NCBI GenBank assembly: GCA_963700635.1
Contig: CAVOYH010000004.1
Coordinates: 544,001-608,000, forward strand
DNA length: 64,000 bases
Reading direction: 5' to 3'
From: an uncultured Bacteroidota bacterium
GTDB taxonomy: Bacteria; Bacteroidota; Ignavibacteria; UBA10030; UBA6906
Below are positions 33,401 through 42,696 of this stretch, piece by piece. The notes beneath the pieces are model-generated. The model was not told the origin of the DNA. It did no database searches and saw only the letters and a list, made by a program, of their open reading frames with translations. Position numbers and translations under genes: made by a program. Numbering within the stretch: the stretch's first letter is position 1; each line of letters begins with the position of its first letter.

Positions 33401-35536
33401 ATCCTCGAACTGTGAGGAGCCGTGGACAACGATGACAGAGCCCAGGACCGCGAGCAATCCTTCCAGACGTTCGAGAGTGGCCTCCAGTCGGTCGGGTGTC
33501 GTGCCGGAGAGACCAATAATCGTCAGGTCTGCGCCTCCACTTTCCCGCTGGATGATTTCCTCCATGGACAGCTGATGCTGTTCGCGTTCAATGATCCGTA
33601 CCTCCATCCCCATGCGGTAGTCTCGCAGAATCCGGTGGAGTGTGCGGTAGACCTTTTCCGTCCGGCTGGCATCATCATTGACGACCAGCAATCGCATCCG
33701 CGCAGTCTGCCACATGACAGAGGTGGAGAGATAACGCAGCAATGTGATGGCAAAGGAAAGGTCTGATCCACGGCCGTCCCACCATACGTCCAGCGTCGTG
33801 GCGTCCCCAAATTGCCTGTTCGGATGATGACGGAGTAATACAATGTTCATATCACTCTTTATCACCGTACGGATGAGATCTGCAAACTTTGGTCTGGACT
33901 TGAGGTGCTTGCTCCATCCCATGAGCACGGTGTTGGGGTGCACACCCGAGAACCCATACAACCGGATGATCTCCTTCATGCCGGTGTACACGTCGGTGCA
34001 GTAATGGCGCAGTGTGTGCACGGGGGCGTTATCAACCGGTTCCAGGGGCTCGAGCCGCCTCGACTCGTCACCTTCTCCGGGAGAAAGCTCAAAATTACTC
34101 AGGACGCCAAGACGTCCGGTGATAGCGGTGCCAAGACTCCGGAGATGGGGGCGTTCCGCCGCTTCTCCGCGGAACATGATGATATTCGGACGCCAGTTAC
34201 GCTGGTGGGTGGTCTCACGGGTGAGTCGTTCAATGCCTGACTTGACCAGCGATGCCCACACGCTGCTCCAGGCGTCACCCGTCTCGAGTCTGAGTTCTTT
34301 CCTCTTGAGCAGGGTAAAAAGTCCGCCCAGGAGCAGAATGCCCCCCACCATGGCTGCAAAATCAAGTTGGATCATCACGACGACGCACGCAAGGGCGCCG
34401 AGCAGACTGACCCACACGGGGGACCGGAATTCCGGCCGGAAGTCCGCGCTGGTCCAGACCTCGAATGCACAGCTCAGGTTGAGGAATCCATACGTCGTTA
34501 TGAAGAAAATTGAAACGATTCGGGCGATAAGGTTCAGCTCGCCGATCAAGATGCCTGCCTCGGCGATCAGAACCGTAAGCAGCAGAGCGTTCCGTGGCTC
34601 CCTGGCGGGGCCGGAACCGCGAGAGAAAAACGACGGGGCAATCCGGTCCGTGGCTGCCGCCTGGAGGATACGGGGGGCGCCCAGGATGCTCCCGAAAGCG
34701 GAGGAAAGCGTCGCCCCCCAGATTCCCGCGACTACAAGCTGTGGGACCAGGGAGATGTCCAGGAGCACATTTGCGTCTGTTGCGAGTTTTGTGCCGTCAA
34801 CTGTATATGCCAGGAAGGTGGTGAGACCAATATAGACGAAGAATCCGACGGTGATTGCTGCTATGGTGCCGGTTGGTATGGACTTCTTGGGATCACGCAG
34901 GTCGCCTGACATCGACACGCCTGCTTCGAACCCGGTGACAGCGGGGAAGTAAATCCCGAAAAGGACCATCAGCGGAATCGTGCTCCCGGGGTTAAACAGG
35001 AGGGGCTCCGCAGGTGTAAACTCGTGGCGGCCCAGTAACACTGATAGAAGCGAGAGCGCGATCGCAGCCATGATGAAGTACTGGGTCTTGATCGCCAGTG
35101 ATGTACTTATCAGTGTGACTGTTGCAACGACCACCAGGAGAATCGTCCCGGTCAGACGGATTGTGTCCCGGGTGGGTTCCAGTCCCCAGTACGCGACAAA
35201 ACTTTCGGCAAACCCGATGAGGTAGAGACTAATGCTGAATGAAAGTCCGATGAACAGCGCGATACCCAGTGTCCCTCCAATGGGCAGGCCCAGACTGCGG
35301 GAGATCATGTAATAGGTCCCTCCCGCCTGCACTTTCTTATCCGTCGCAATGGAGGAAACGCTCAGACCGGTGGTCAGAGAGATTGTGTGTGCGATGACAA
35401 TAATACCGATGACGGCGAACAGTCCGGCCTCTCCGATGATCATCGGAAGTCGCAGGAACATGATCACGCCGAGGATCGTCAGGATGGAAGGCGTGAACAC
35501 TCCGCCAAAGGTCCCAAATCGTGGAGTGCCTGGCAT
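30470..35536 (-). CDS. SLC12/cation-chloride cotransporter fused to a long helical region and a P-loop ATPase/winged-helix domain
   Basis: FGTFGGVFTPSILTILGVIM, FPAVTGFEAG and NWRPNII CCC motifs; GSRNAGKTS Walker A and FLHDIE near the C-terminus. Confidence 0.85.
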   Translation of the reverse strand: MPGTPRFGTFGGVFTPSILTILGVIMFLRLPMIIGEAGLFAVIGIIVIAHTISLTTGLSVSSIATDKKVQAGGTYYMISRSLGLPIGGTLGIALFIGLSFSISLYLIGFAESFVAYWGLEPTRDTIRLTGTILLVVVATVTLISTSLAIKTQYFIMAAIALSLLSVLLGRHEFTPAEPLLFNPGSTIPLMVLFGIYFPAVTGFEAGVSMSGDLRDPKKSIPTGTIAAITVGFFVYIGLTTFLAYTVDGTKLATDANVLLDISLVPQLVVAGIWGATLSSAFGSILGAPRILQAAATDRIAPSFFSRGSGPAREPRNALLLTVLIAEAGILIGELNLIARIVSIFFITTYGFLNLSCAFEVWTSADFRPEFRSPVWVSLLGALACVVVMIQLDFAAMVGGILLLGGLFTLLKRKELRLETGDAWSSVWASLVKSGIERLTRETTHQRNWRPNIIMFRGEAAERPHLRSLGTAITGRLGVLSNFELSPGEGDESRRLEPLEPVDNAPVHTLRHYCTDVYTGMKEIIRLYGFSGVHPNTVLMGWSKHLKSRPKFADLIRTVIKSDMNIVLLRHHPNRQFGDATTLDVWWDGRGSDLSFAITLLRYLSTSVMWQTARMRLLVVNDDASRTEKVYRTLHRILRDYRMGMEVRIIEREQHQLSMEEIIQRESGGADLTIIGLSGTTPDRLEATLERLEGLLAVLGSVIVVHGSSQFEDLEIGLAEEDEETISPPADTEIQLPPSPSSRSALLNEDLQKMEANGDRVLRLLFERGIATWFTEERRLIAALSDIGLTFHDTLDRASRFPDPFRRRKAIVKIQNEYLFRCRSLVKSINNDILPTQRDSLAAALEEYADRLAGDAARIPTSLRMVYSREELQPRPDDAAVTRVRKAARRLVHGVLGYPATRPVPYRKTAEHHVLHTRHVFLKAYLQQFLGATMKSLSALKAEMLGLAASFHELEVTLAARGWREEDVDQIMASFRTGMESLDATVVARHRLFDHRLHLEFRNALVALRDELERFGGAPRSQRQRVSSKAYKELVRANKTFADSWIQDVRLVADKVTLDIAIASLQGRVTDRAEELLTEIRRKIDAHVLTDLARVREKFQQALKEGTDVSAEFDVEPSFGFLESLDDAREDIHDLTRTLPESMLVCDEEGSTEGVLEAVEVPAVKLAHHHLESLFVSPVQQYLTEAGEQLRKSAYTIKDQVNLTKFEVDNIDRDIADRASALSAIVKNALARLELEHKHLGELKKEVSSVTRTALERSYTPLAPHMIVKSAVDLRDVLRGYKGRWMLSSFDRYITLGRDFLEKNLVRVVYSRSVGVLMAGKTGRTATAPTAEVQALVASVTPKPEVIKSLPQFYANLFSGKSTIGEEFWVPRKTEEEAFARAVRRFRAGGQGAVLLLGSRNAGKTSFCRRVDALNFKRGNQFHVFPPREGSVDRTVFAATLAHVTRFSGDASEILRSLPHGSAVFLHDIELWFERSSTGLDVLAEIHSLIDSCSRDVMIVLNTSPAAFSVIRHLEPLHEVCTEVIHLAPLSAEDLKTMIMLRHASSGMLYRLGRRSEQELSGFLAARLFDACFRASEGNPGTALNVWLSCIIRVNDRVLEIRKPDVVSTRLLGSLDPDWLIFLAQFVIHKRLTIVKAERITGMKTENVQRTIRRMTTVGLLHERSAGVYTINPYIDRLVLKLLEERQIL

Positions 35537-35599
35537 GTGCGGTAATACTTTCCTACCTTGATAGAAGGTTGTGGTGCCACGTTCAAGGTACTAAGAAAA

Positions 35600-36892
35600 A
35601 TGGACTACTTCAATTCTCATATCCTGGTCATGGCGGCGTGCGCCGTGCTCATCCTATCCCACCTCTTCGGTGGACTCGGCCGCAAGACGAACATCCCCAC
35701 CGTTCTGCTCCTGATTGGCCTGGGGGTCGGGATCGAGCAATTCCTCGAAGCGATCCATGTCGACACCACCGGCCAGATCTTTCAGGTGCTGGAGATTGTC
35801 GGGCTCGTGGGGCTCATCATGATCGTGCTGGAGGCGGCGCTTGATCTAAAACTCACCCGGGAAAAACGATCCTTGATCATCAGGGCTTTTGTTGTCGCCC
35901 TGGTGGGCCTTCTCGTTTCAACGTTTGCGATCGCGTACCTTCTGCATGCAACGATTGCGCTGGATCCGTTCAGGGCGTTTCTGTTCGCCATACCTCTTTC
36001 CGTCCTGAGCAGCGCTATCGTTATACCCAGTGTCAGAAGCCTGGTCGAGGAAAAACGTGAATTTCTCGTGTACGAAAGTACGATCTCCGACATCCTCGGG
36101 ATACTCCTGTTCAACATCACCCTCGGCATGGCTGACGGCGGGTCCGCTGTTTCGCTTTCACTCGAGGTGATGATTAATCTGGGTGCTTCAACGCTTCTGG
36201 GGTTTGTCATCAGTTTCGTGCTGATCTTCATCCTTCAATCGATGGGCAAAGGCGCAAAGCTCTTCTTCCTCATCTCCTTGCTTGTGCTTCTGTATGCGGC
36301 GGGGAAAATGCTCCATCTTGCCGCGCTGGTGTTTATCCTGATATTCGGTCTCGTTCTCAACAACGTAGACGTATTTTTCCGTGGACGGCTCAAACGGTTT
36401 GCACGGAGAGAGGTGCTTGCCGAAGTCATCGATCATTTTTATGTCGTGACCCGGGAATCGGCCTTCGTAGTGCGCACCTTCTTCTTTGTCATATTTGGAA
36501 TGTCACTGGATCTGCAATCCTTGCTCAGCCTGAATGTGGCGATGATAAGCCTCGGCATACTTCTGGTCGTCTATGTCTTACGTTTTGGCACGCTGAAGGC
36601 AACCGGTCTCAAAGATGTTCTGGCAGAGTCCCTTATCGCTCCGCGTGGACTTGTCAGTGTTCTGCTGTTTTTCTCCATACCGGCAGAATTCAGCACGCCC
36701 ATTTTTGAGCCCGGGATACTCCTTTTTGTTATCCTCGGAACGGGTATCGTGATGTCGGCGGGACTGGTTCTGTCCAGAAGGAAGGGAGTGCATGCGCAGT
36801 CACTGACATTCACCGATTGGGACACCCTCGACCGGGAGATCGCCCGGCTGGAAGAGCTCCGGCAGGACCGGACCCCGCCTGCGAAACCGTAA
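35600..36892 (+). CDS. cation:proton antiporter (CPA family)
   Basis: About 12 TM helices; IVLEAALDL, SSAIVIP, YESTISDILG, APRGLVSVLL. Confidence 0.85.
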   Translation: MDYFNSHILVMAACAVLILSHLFGGLGRKTNIPTVLLLIGLGVGIEQFLEAIHVDTTGQIFQVLEIVGLVGLIMIVLEAALDLKLTREKRSLIIRAFVVALVGLLVSTFAIAYLLHATIALDPFRAFLFAIPLSVLSSAIVIPSVRSLVEEKREFLVYESTISDILGILLFNITLGMADGGSAVSLSLEVMINLGASTLLGFVISFVLIFILQSMGKGAKLFFLISLLVLLYAAGKMLHLAALVFILIFGLVLNNVDVFFRGRLKRFARREVLAEVIDHFYVVTRESAFVVRTFFFVIFGMSLDLQSLLSLNVAMISLGILLVVYVLRFGTLKATGLKDVLAESLIAPRGLVSVLLFFSIPAEFSTPIFEPGILLFVILGTGIVMSAGLVLSRRKGVHAQSLTFTDWDTLDREIARLEELRQDRTPPAKP

Positions 36893-37153
36893 GTCGGATC
36901 GTGCTGTGAGAAGATGGGAAACGAAAGCACAAAGGGAGTTGGTCTTTGACAGGGGACACCGCGGGCACGAGCACACCAGAATGAGCGTATTCCAGATGAG
37001 CAGACAATTCGGGATCACCGCCGCTATTGGCGCGATCGTTGTCCTTGGCGCGTCGGGAGGCGCGTTACTTTCACCCGATGCGAACGTGCGCGTTTCCGCC
37101 GGCCTGTTACGATGCGGCAGCAGATGTTCATGCTGTGAATGTCTTCTAAGGGG

Positions 37154-39880
37154 CTACCGGAGCAGCAGCATTCTGCGTGTCTGAACAAAATCGCCGGACA
37201 TAAGCCTGTACAGATACACTCCGCTCCCAAACCCGGGAGCGTTGAACTTCACTCTGTAGCTCCCCGGTGCCTTTTTTTCGTCCACTAACACCGCCACCTC
37301 GCGGCCGAGCACATCATACACGACAAGCCGGACCACGCCAGACTCCCGGCCCGAGACCCCGGACTCGCGATCTTGGCCCAGCACATCAAACCTGATTGTC
37401 GTTGACGGATTGAACGGGTTAGGGTAGTTCTGCTCCAGGGAATATTTCCCGGGGACTCCGTCATCTCCCTTCACCGTGCTTGCCCCATCACGAATCCACT
37501 GAAATCGAATCGCGTCCGCGCGAAGCACCTTTCCCGGCTGAACGGGTGACATCGCATCGGTGATCTCCAGCCGGGCCTCGGTGTTGCCGGAGACAGGATG
37601 TTCGAAGATGGTGGTCCACGCGCCACTTCCTGCATTCTGGTCAATGTACGCCGAGTCGACAGGGACGGAATCCAAAACCAGCACGTGCCGGGCGCGCACG
37701 GATGCATTCACGGTCGTCGGCACGATCGCCTGAATCCTGTAGACTCCGGTTTTCCTGAGTTGTGCTTTGAATGTCGCCAATACACCGGGGGCGGGATATG
37801 CGTAGCGGCTGGTTCCACCGTATGCCTGGGCGACACTGAAGTACCACGTCCCGGTTTCGGCGTATGATGGCGCATCGTTATCGTCCACGAGAGCGAAATA
37901 TTCTTGAACGTTTCCACGCAGCGGGATCAGCACGCGCGAATGGTGGGGATCATCCGAGAGCACCACCAGCGTGTCGGCAAAAGGTCCGATCACGGATGGC
38001 ACAATGGTGAGTGCGATTTGCGCTTCACTCATTGCAGGAACCGTCACAGGCAGGGGAGTATTTGGCGTGACTGTTCCCTGCGCCGAAGTCACCGCAAGAA
38101 TCACAACCGGCTGAATACCTTCGTTGCGCAATAGGACCGATGTCATGTTCTCCTCCTGCACGATCATCTCTCCTGCATCAAACATCTCAAGAGGCACCAA
38201 CCACTGGTTGCGGACGAGCGCGGACACCTTGATCGCGTCAGCGCCGACCTGCGTACCGGATTGTGTCGTTCCTCTCGCGACCATCACGACGGTGATATCT
38301 GCACCCGAAGAAAGGTACGGGGTCCAAAGATAGACCCACTGGTCACCCTGGATGCCATTCGTGAAGTGCCGTGAAGTCACCTTCGTCAATCCTTCCCACA
38401 TCTGGAATTCCACTTGCTGTGCCGCGTTGGGAAGCGACGGGACCCGCACGGAGATATTATAGAGTGATGATACCTGAATCGGGGCCGTCCATTCTGCTCT
38501 TGCAGAATCCGATACACCGAGGGTTGCCTGTCGGGATGATGCTCCCCATGAAGCGTTCAGGGAAGTAGTCCATGTCCCCGACCGCTCCACATATCCGGGA
38601 TCGGCGTTGTCTATGATAATGTCATCGGGGAGATATCTCATGATCGCTGTCGCGAGATTGCCGGCGGTGTCGGTTGCTGCCACACCTGATTTTGCGAGAT
38701 CCGCCCGCGACACTGCGGCGGAGGTCTCCCACGAGCGGTCGCCGACTGCCTGGCAGGGAAGGACACGGAATTCTCCGTATTTGTCTTTCACTGCTACGAA
38801 GGGAGCAGGTTGGAACAGGGGCTCGTCGCTCGTGACGGCCCACCGGACCATAGGGCCTTCAGAAATCTCCCCGAATGTCAGGTGAGGTCGCACCGTATCG
38901 CCGGTCTGCCTCCAGCGCTGCATGGCTTCGATGGCAGTACAGTATCGGAAGCGTAATCCAGGAAATCGCTGCAACGCCTTGTGGGTTGACGCATCGACCT
39001 TTCGAATGTTGTCGAGAAAGTCCGTTTCGGGGAGATGTGCCCAGAGGCAAACCACCTGGTCGATTCCGGACGCTGCCTTGGCGAATACAGCATCCATAAA
39101 AGCCGAATCCACCGAAGCCATGTATTCGGACCGGACATTCCAGCCATTGCATGAGCCGGGCACCTGGTAATCAGTCGGGGAAGGATGGAACGGGACGAAT
39201 GAAGATGGGGCGCGCGACCAGTCGTAGGTGTTGTCCAGCGGTTCTGTCGTGTCGGTGCGTCGCGCAGGCCAGTCGTTGTGCAGAGAGTACGGCAGCAGCA
39301 CGTCGAGCCGTTGCTGCCAGTGGTTGTCCATTGCATGCCAGCCGCTTCGAAACGAGACCGGAAAGGTCTCCTCCTCCAGGAGCATTTCGGCCAGGGTGAC
39401 GTCGAAATCGTCCGACGACTCAGGAAAGGAAAGCGCTTGATTCCAGTAATACGTTCCATTGCCGTCGTAGTCCGTCCAGACAAACGTATGGTAGTGAAGC
39501 GTCAACTCGTCTCCCCACGACCTGAGCAGCTCTCCCTGGGTCTTTTTCATAAGGTAAAGCGTCATCGTGTTGGGATTCGGGACGTTCGTGTTTGTGGCAT
39601 GCCGGAAGATGTTCCCGGCCATCATCCACCAGGTGAGCTTTACCGGAGTCCCGTACGAATCCTTCAGCGGAAGGCGAAAGCCAGGATCCATGACGCGCGT
39701 GGCATTCCGTGAGGGGTCTGTGAACAGGCTGAGTGCATAGGTACAATTGTACCGGGAGACACTCATCCCGTCCCAAATAGCGGTATCAGAACCGAGGACG
39801 AGGTAGACACTCCCCTGGGCGCGAACAGCAGGGAGCGGGAAAAGGAGGGAAGCCGTGAGAAGTGCACACAACGTTTTCAT
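37154..39880 (-). CDS. secreted multidomain protein (polysaccharide-deacetylase-like barrel, two golvesin/Xly CBD-like modules, Ig-like domain, T9SS CTD)
   Basis: Signal peptide; LHYH and SFRSGW; IIDNADPGY..ADAI and VDDND..ADAIRF modules; QNYPNPFNPST. Confidence 0.7.
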   Translation of the reverse strand: MKTLCALLTASLLFPLPAVRAQGSVYLVLGSDTAIWDGMSVSRYNCTYALSLFTDPSRNATRVMDPGFRLPLKDSYGTPVKLTWWMMAGNIFRHATNTNVPNPNTMTLYLMKKTQGELLRSWGDELTLHYHTFVWTDYDGNGTYYWNQALSFPESSDDFDVTLAEMLLEEETFPVSFRSGWHAMDNHWQQRLDVLLPYSLHNDWPARRTDTTEPLDNTYDWSRAPSSFVPFHPSPTDYQVPGSCNGWNVRSEYMASVDSAFMDAVFAKAASGIDQVVCLWAHLPETDFLDNIRKVDASTHKALQRFPGLRFRYCTAIEAMQRWRQTGDTVRPHLTFGEISEGPMVRWAVTSDEPLFQPAPFVAVKDKYGEFRVLPCQAVGDRSWETSAAVSRADLAKSGVAATDTAGNLATAIMRYLPDDIIIDNADPGYVERSGTWTTSLNASWGASSRQATLGVSDSARAEWTAPIQVSSLYNISVRVPSLPNAAQQVEFQMWEGLTKVTSRHFTNGIQGDQWVYLWTPYLSSGADITVVMVARGTTQSGTQVGADAIKVSALVRNQWLVPLEMFDAGEMIVQEENMTSVLLRNEGIQPVVILAVTSAQGTVTPNTPLPVTVPAMSEAQIALTIVPSVIGPFADTLVVLSDDPHHSRVLIPLRGNVQEYFALVDDNDAPSYAETGTWYFSVAQAYGGTSRYAYPAPGVLATFKAQLRKTGVYRIQAIVPTTVNASVRARHVLVLDSVPVDSAYIDQNAGSGAWTTIFEHPVSGNTEARLEITDAMSPVQPGKVLRADAIRFQWIRDGASTVKGDDGVPGKYSLEQNYPNPFNPSTTIRFDVLGQDRESGVSGRESGVVRLVVYDVLGREVAVLVDEKKAPGSYRVKFNAPGFGSGVYLYRLMSGDFVQTRRMLLLR

Positions 39881-39907
39881 AACGTACTACAAGCTACTGC
39901 TTCTACA

Positions 39908-40162
39908 TTAAATATCCAAACCGATCTGCTTCAGGAGTGCGCGGAATCCCGGGTTCGAGTGCATTTGGTCCCATCCCGGATCGATCCCGATTGTGTACGC
40001 TCTCTGGTCCCGCTGACCCGCCCCCGACAAGGGATCAACGGTGGAAGCATCAAATGTTGTCGTGGTGAGAATGGCGGCTGGGATGGCGTCTTTGTTCTTG
40101 GGATTAATACTGCTAGGATAGCTGCCGGGCTTGACGTCGATGGTCGGCTCAAACTCAACCAT
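39908..40162 (-). pseudogene. chimeric remnant: IDVKPGS..SINP module joined to the C-terminal tail of a kinase/TPR protein
   Basis: IDVKPGSYPSSINPKNKDAIPAAILTTTTFDASTVDP followed by IDPGWDQMHSNPGFRALLKQIGL, which resembles the tails of 40248 and 63122. Confidence 0.55.
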
Positions 40163-40247
40163 ACGGAAATAGACTCCTGGCTGTTCCGAGATAGAAAATT
40201 GTCCCCGAGAAGGCGAGAGCGGTAAGGTAGGGGGTTCTCCTCAGGGC

Positions 40248-42560
40248 TCAGGTTCCGTCCTCCGGCGGTGGCAGATTCATCCGTTTGAGCAGTTGGTCGT
40301 AGCGCGGGTCGCCCCGTAAGGACTTGAAATCGTCAAGAACTCTCACCCACGGCAACCACGCGTGTGGGTGCTTGTAATTCAGCCAGCGGAATGCCTCGTC
40401 TTTGTTGCCGAGAAGGGTGTGCAGGACAGCCAGCCAGTGTGCATTCCACGGACTGGGCTTGAGTTGTTCCAATTCCGTTACCAACTTCCGTGCCTCATCT
40501 GGCCTTCCGGCTGCAACATAGCCAATTCCGATTGCGAATCGCCATGGCGGCGCAGCTTCCGCCGCCTTGCGAAATTCCGTGAGTGCCTCTTCGTATCGCC
40601 CTATATCGGTATACACGTGGCCGAGCACGAAATGCCCGACCGGTGTGTTGGGATTGATTTCGATTGCCTTGCGGCATTCCGCAATCGCCTCATCATAGCG
40701 TCCCAACCCGCGGTAGATTTCCCCGAGCCACGCGGTATGGAGCGGCAACAGCGGATCCAGTTCCTGTGCACGTTTGTGAGCAGCGATGGCTTCTTCCGAG
40801 CGTCCCAAGAGCACATAAAACCACGAGGAATGATAGTGGGCGATTGCAAGATGGGGGTTAAGACTAATTGCCTTATCTATGAGCCGGCGGGCCTCATCCC
40901 ATTCCCAGTCGTAATATCCCTTGATAAATCCCAGCGCAGCGTATGCCATATCCAGCGTGCTGTCCAGCCGAATCGCTCTTTCGGCTGCTGCCCTCGCAAA
41001 GGGGAGGGCATCTGCAGGTGGATCAGGTCCGTGGGCGACGGTAACATATCCCATTGCCAAGCCAGCGTAGGCCCTTGGATCTCCGGGGTCCTTCTCTACC
41101 GCCTCTTTTAAGTATCCCATCCCCTTGGCCTTACCATCAGGGGTGGCCTTTTGTAACCAGTGCATGCCCCGCAAATAAGCTTCGTAGGTTTCGACGTTAA
41201 CCGGGCGTGCCTGTGCCAGTTCTTCAGCCTTTGAGGGTGATACCTTGAGGTTGAGCTGTGTCGCGATGGCCGTCACAATCTCATTCTGGAGTGTCAGCAC
41301 ATCGCGCAGCTCGCGTTCATACCGTTCGGCCCAGATCGACCCTTCGGTGAGCGGATTGATAAGTTGAGCGGTGACCCGTACTGAATTGCCCACCCGAACT
41401 ACAGCCCCCGTCAACAGGGCATCGACATTCAGCTCCCGGGCGATCTCCGAGGGGGATTTGTGTTGATCTCTGTAGCGTTTAACCGATCCACGTCCGATGA
41501 CCCGTTCGAAGCAGCCAAGCTTTGCAAGATCCGTAATCAGGGCATCGTGGATGCCTTCAACGAGGTATTCCTGCTCGCTGTCTCCGGAGAGATTCTCTAG
41601 CGGAAGCACGGCAATCGACGTTATGCCGCCAGCCCTCCATACGGTGGTCCAGAGAATCACGAGGAGAGCTCCGAGGAGTACCACGAAGAGAGCCGCTGCG
41701 TATATCAGCGATCTGCGTGTCGTGAACGCTCGCCACAGCGTCGCCCCTTTTCTCGGCTGACCCGACAGGGCCTCAAGTTCCAGAACGACGTCATCCGCTG
41801 TTTGGTAGCGGCCTTTTTTTTCTTTCTGGAGCAGCTTCAGGACGAGCGCCTCGAGCTCGGTCGGGACACCAGGAAACCGGCCACAGATCGGCGGGGGAGT
41901 GTCGTTGAGGATGGAGTAGACTACCGCCGTCTCATACTCCGATTGAAACGGAAGCCGTCCTGTCAGGAGTTCGTACAACACCACGCCGAACGACCAGAGA
42001 TCTGAGCGATGATCCACAACTTCTCCACGTGCCTGCTCGGGCGACATATAGGTGACTGTGCCTGCCGTACTTCCTTCTTTGGTGATCTGTGTCCTGTCGG
42101 CCAGCTTCGCGAGCCCAAAATCCATGATTACGATCTGGCCGTCCGGAGTCAGCATGATATTCGAACTCTTAATATCACGGTGAATGATCTTCTTTCGGTG
42201 GGCTGCCTGGAGGCCACGGGCGATCTGCATGGCGTAGCCGAGGACCTGTTGAACCGATTGAGGTCCCGTTTCAAGCAACTGCTGTAAGGTCATTCCCTCG
42301 ACATAGGCCATGGAGATATACGGCGATCCTCCGGCATCATCGACTTCATAGACGGTGCAGATGTTCGGGTGGTCGAGTTGGGCGATGGCCTGTGCTTCAC
42401 GGACGAGACGGTCCCGCTCCTTCTCGCCGCCTGTTGACGGAAGGAACTTCAGGGCAACGGTTCTCGTAAGTTTCAGGTCCTCGGCCTTATAGACGACGCC
42501 CATGCCGCCTTCGCCGAGCTTTTCGAGGATCTTGTAGTGGGATACAGTCTGGCCGATCAT
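40248..42560 (-). CDS. Ser/Thr protein kinase with TolB-N-like and TPR domains
   Basis: LGEGGMGVVY, HRDIKSSN, DFG, SIAVLPLENLS, TPRs, tail LRGDPRYDQLL. Confidence 0.93.
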   Translation of the reverse strand: MIGQTVSHYKILEKLGEGGMGVVYKAEDLKLTRTVALKFLPSTGGEKERDRLVREAQAIAQLDHPNICTVYEVDDAGGSPYISMAYVEGMTLQQLLETGPQSVQQVLGYAMQIARGLQAAHRKKIIHRDIKSSNIMLTPDGQIVIMDFGLAKLADRTQITKEGSTAGTVTYMSPEQARGEVVDHRSDLWSFGVVLYELLTGRLPFQSEYETAVVYSILNDTPPPICGRFPGVPTELEALVLKLLQKEKKGRYQTADDVVLELEALSGQPRKGATLWRAFTTRRSLIYAAALFVVLLGALLVILWTTVWRAGGITSIAVLPLENLSGDSEQEYLVEGIHDALITDLAKLGCFERVIGRGSVKRYRDQHKSPSEIARELNVDALLTGAVVRVGNSVRVTAQLINPLTEGSIWAERYERELRDVLTLQNEIVTAIATQLNLKVSPSKAEELAQARPVNVETYEAYLRGMHWLQKATPDGKAKGMGYLKEAVEKDPGDPRAYAGLAMGYVTVAHGPDPPADALPFARAAAERAIRLDSTLDMAYAALGFIKGYYDWEWDEARRLIDKAISLNPHLAIAHYHSSWFYVLLGRSEEAIAAHKRAQELDPLLPLHTAWLGEIYRGLGRYDEAIAECRKAIEINPNTPVGHFVLGHVYTDIGRYEEALTEFRKAAEAAPPWRFAIGIGYVAAGRPDEARKLVTELEQLKPSPWNAHWLAVLHTLLGNKDEAFRWLNYKHPHAWLPWVRVLDDFKSLRGDPRYDQLLKRMNLPPPEDGT

Positions 42561-42696
42561 GGGAATCTCCGCGGACGTGAGTGATCCCGATGGCAAGGAG
42601 AGCAATGATACACTTTAAGATAGGCCGGGGCTTGGCGAGAGTCAAGCCGGAGTTCTGCGTGGACCCCCGCCAGCCTTTAGCGCTCGCATGCTACAG

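Noticed and set aside
36906-37184. 92-aa ORF between convergent genes
   Set aside because: No recognisable motifs or RBS, and it overlaps the 3' end of the opposite-strand gene; at best a fragment.
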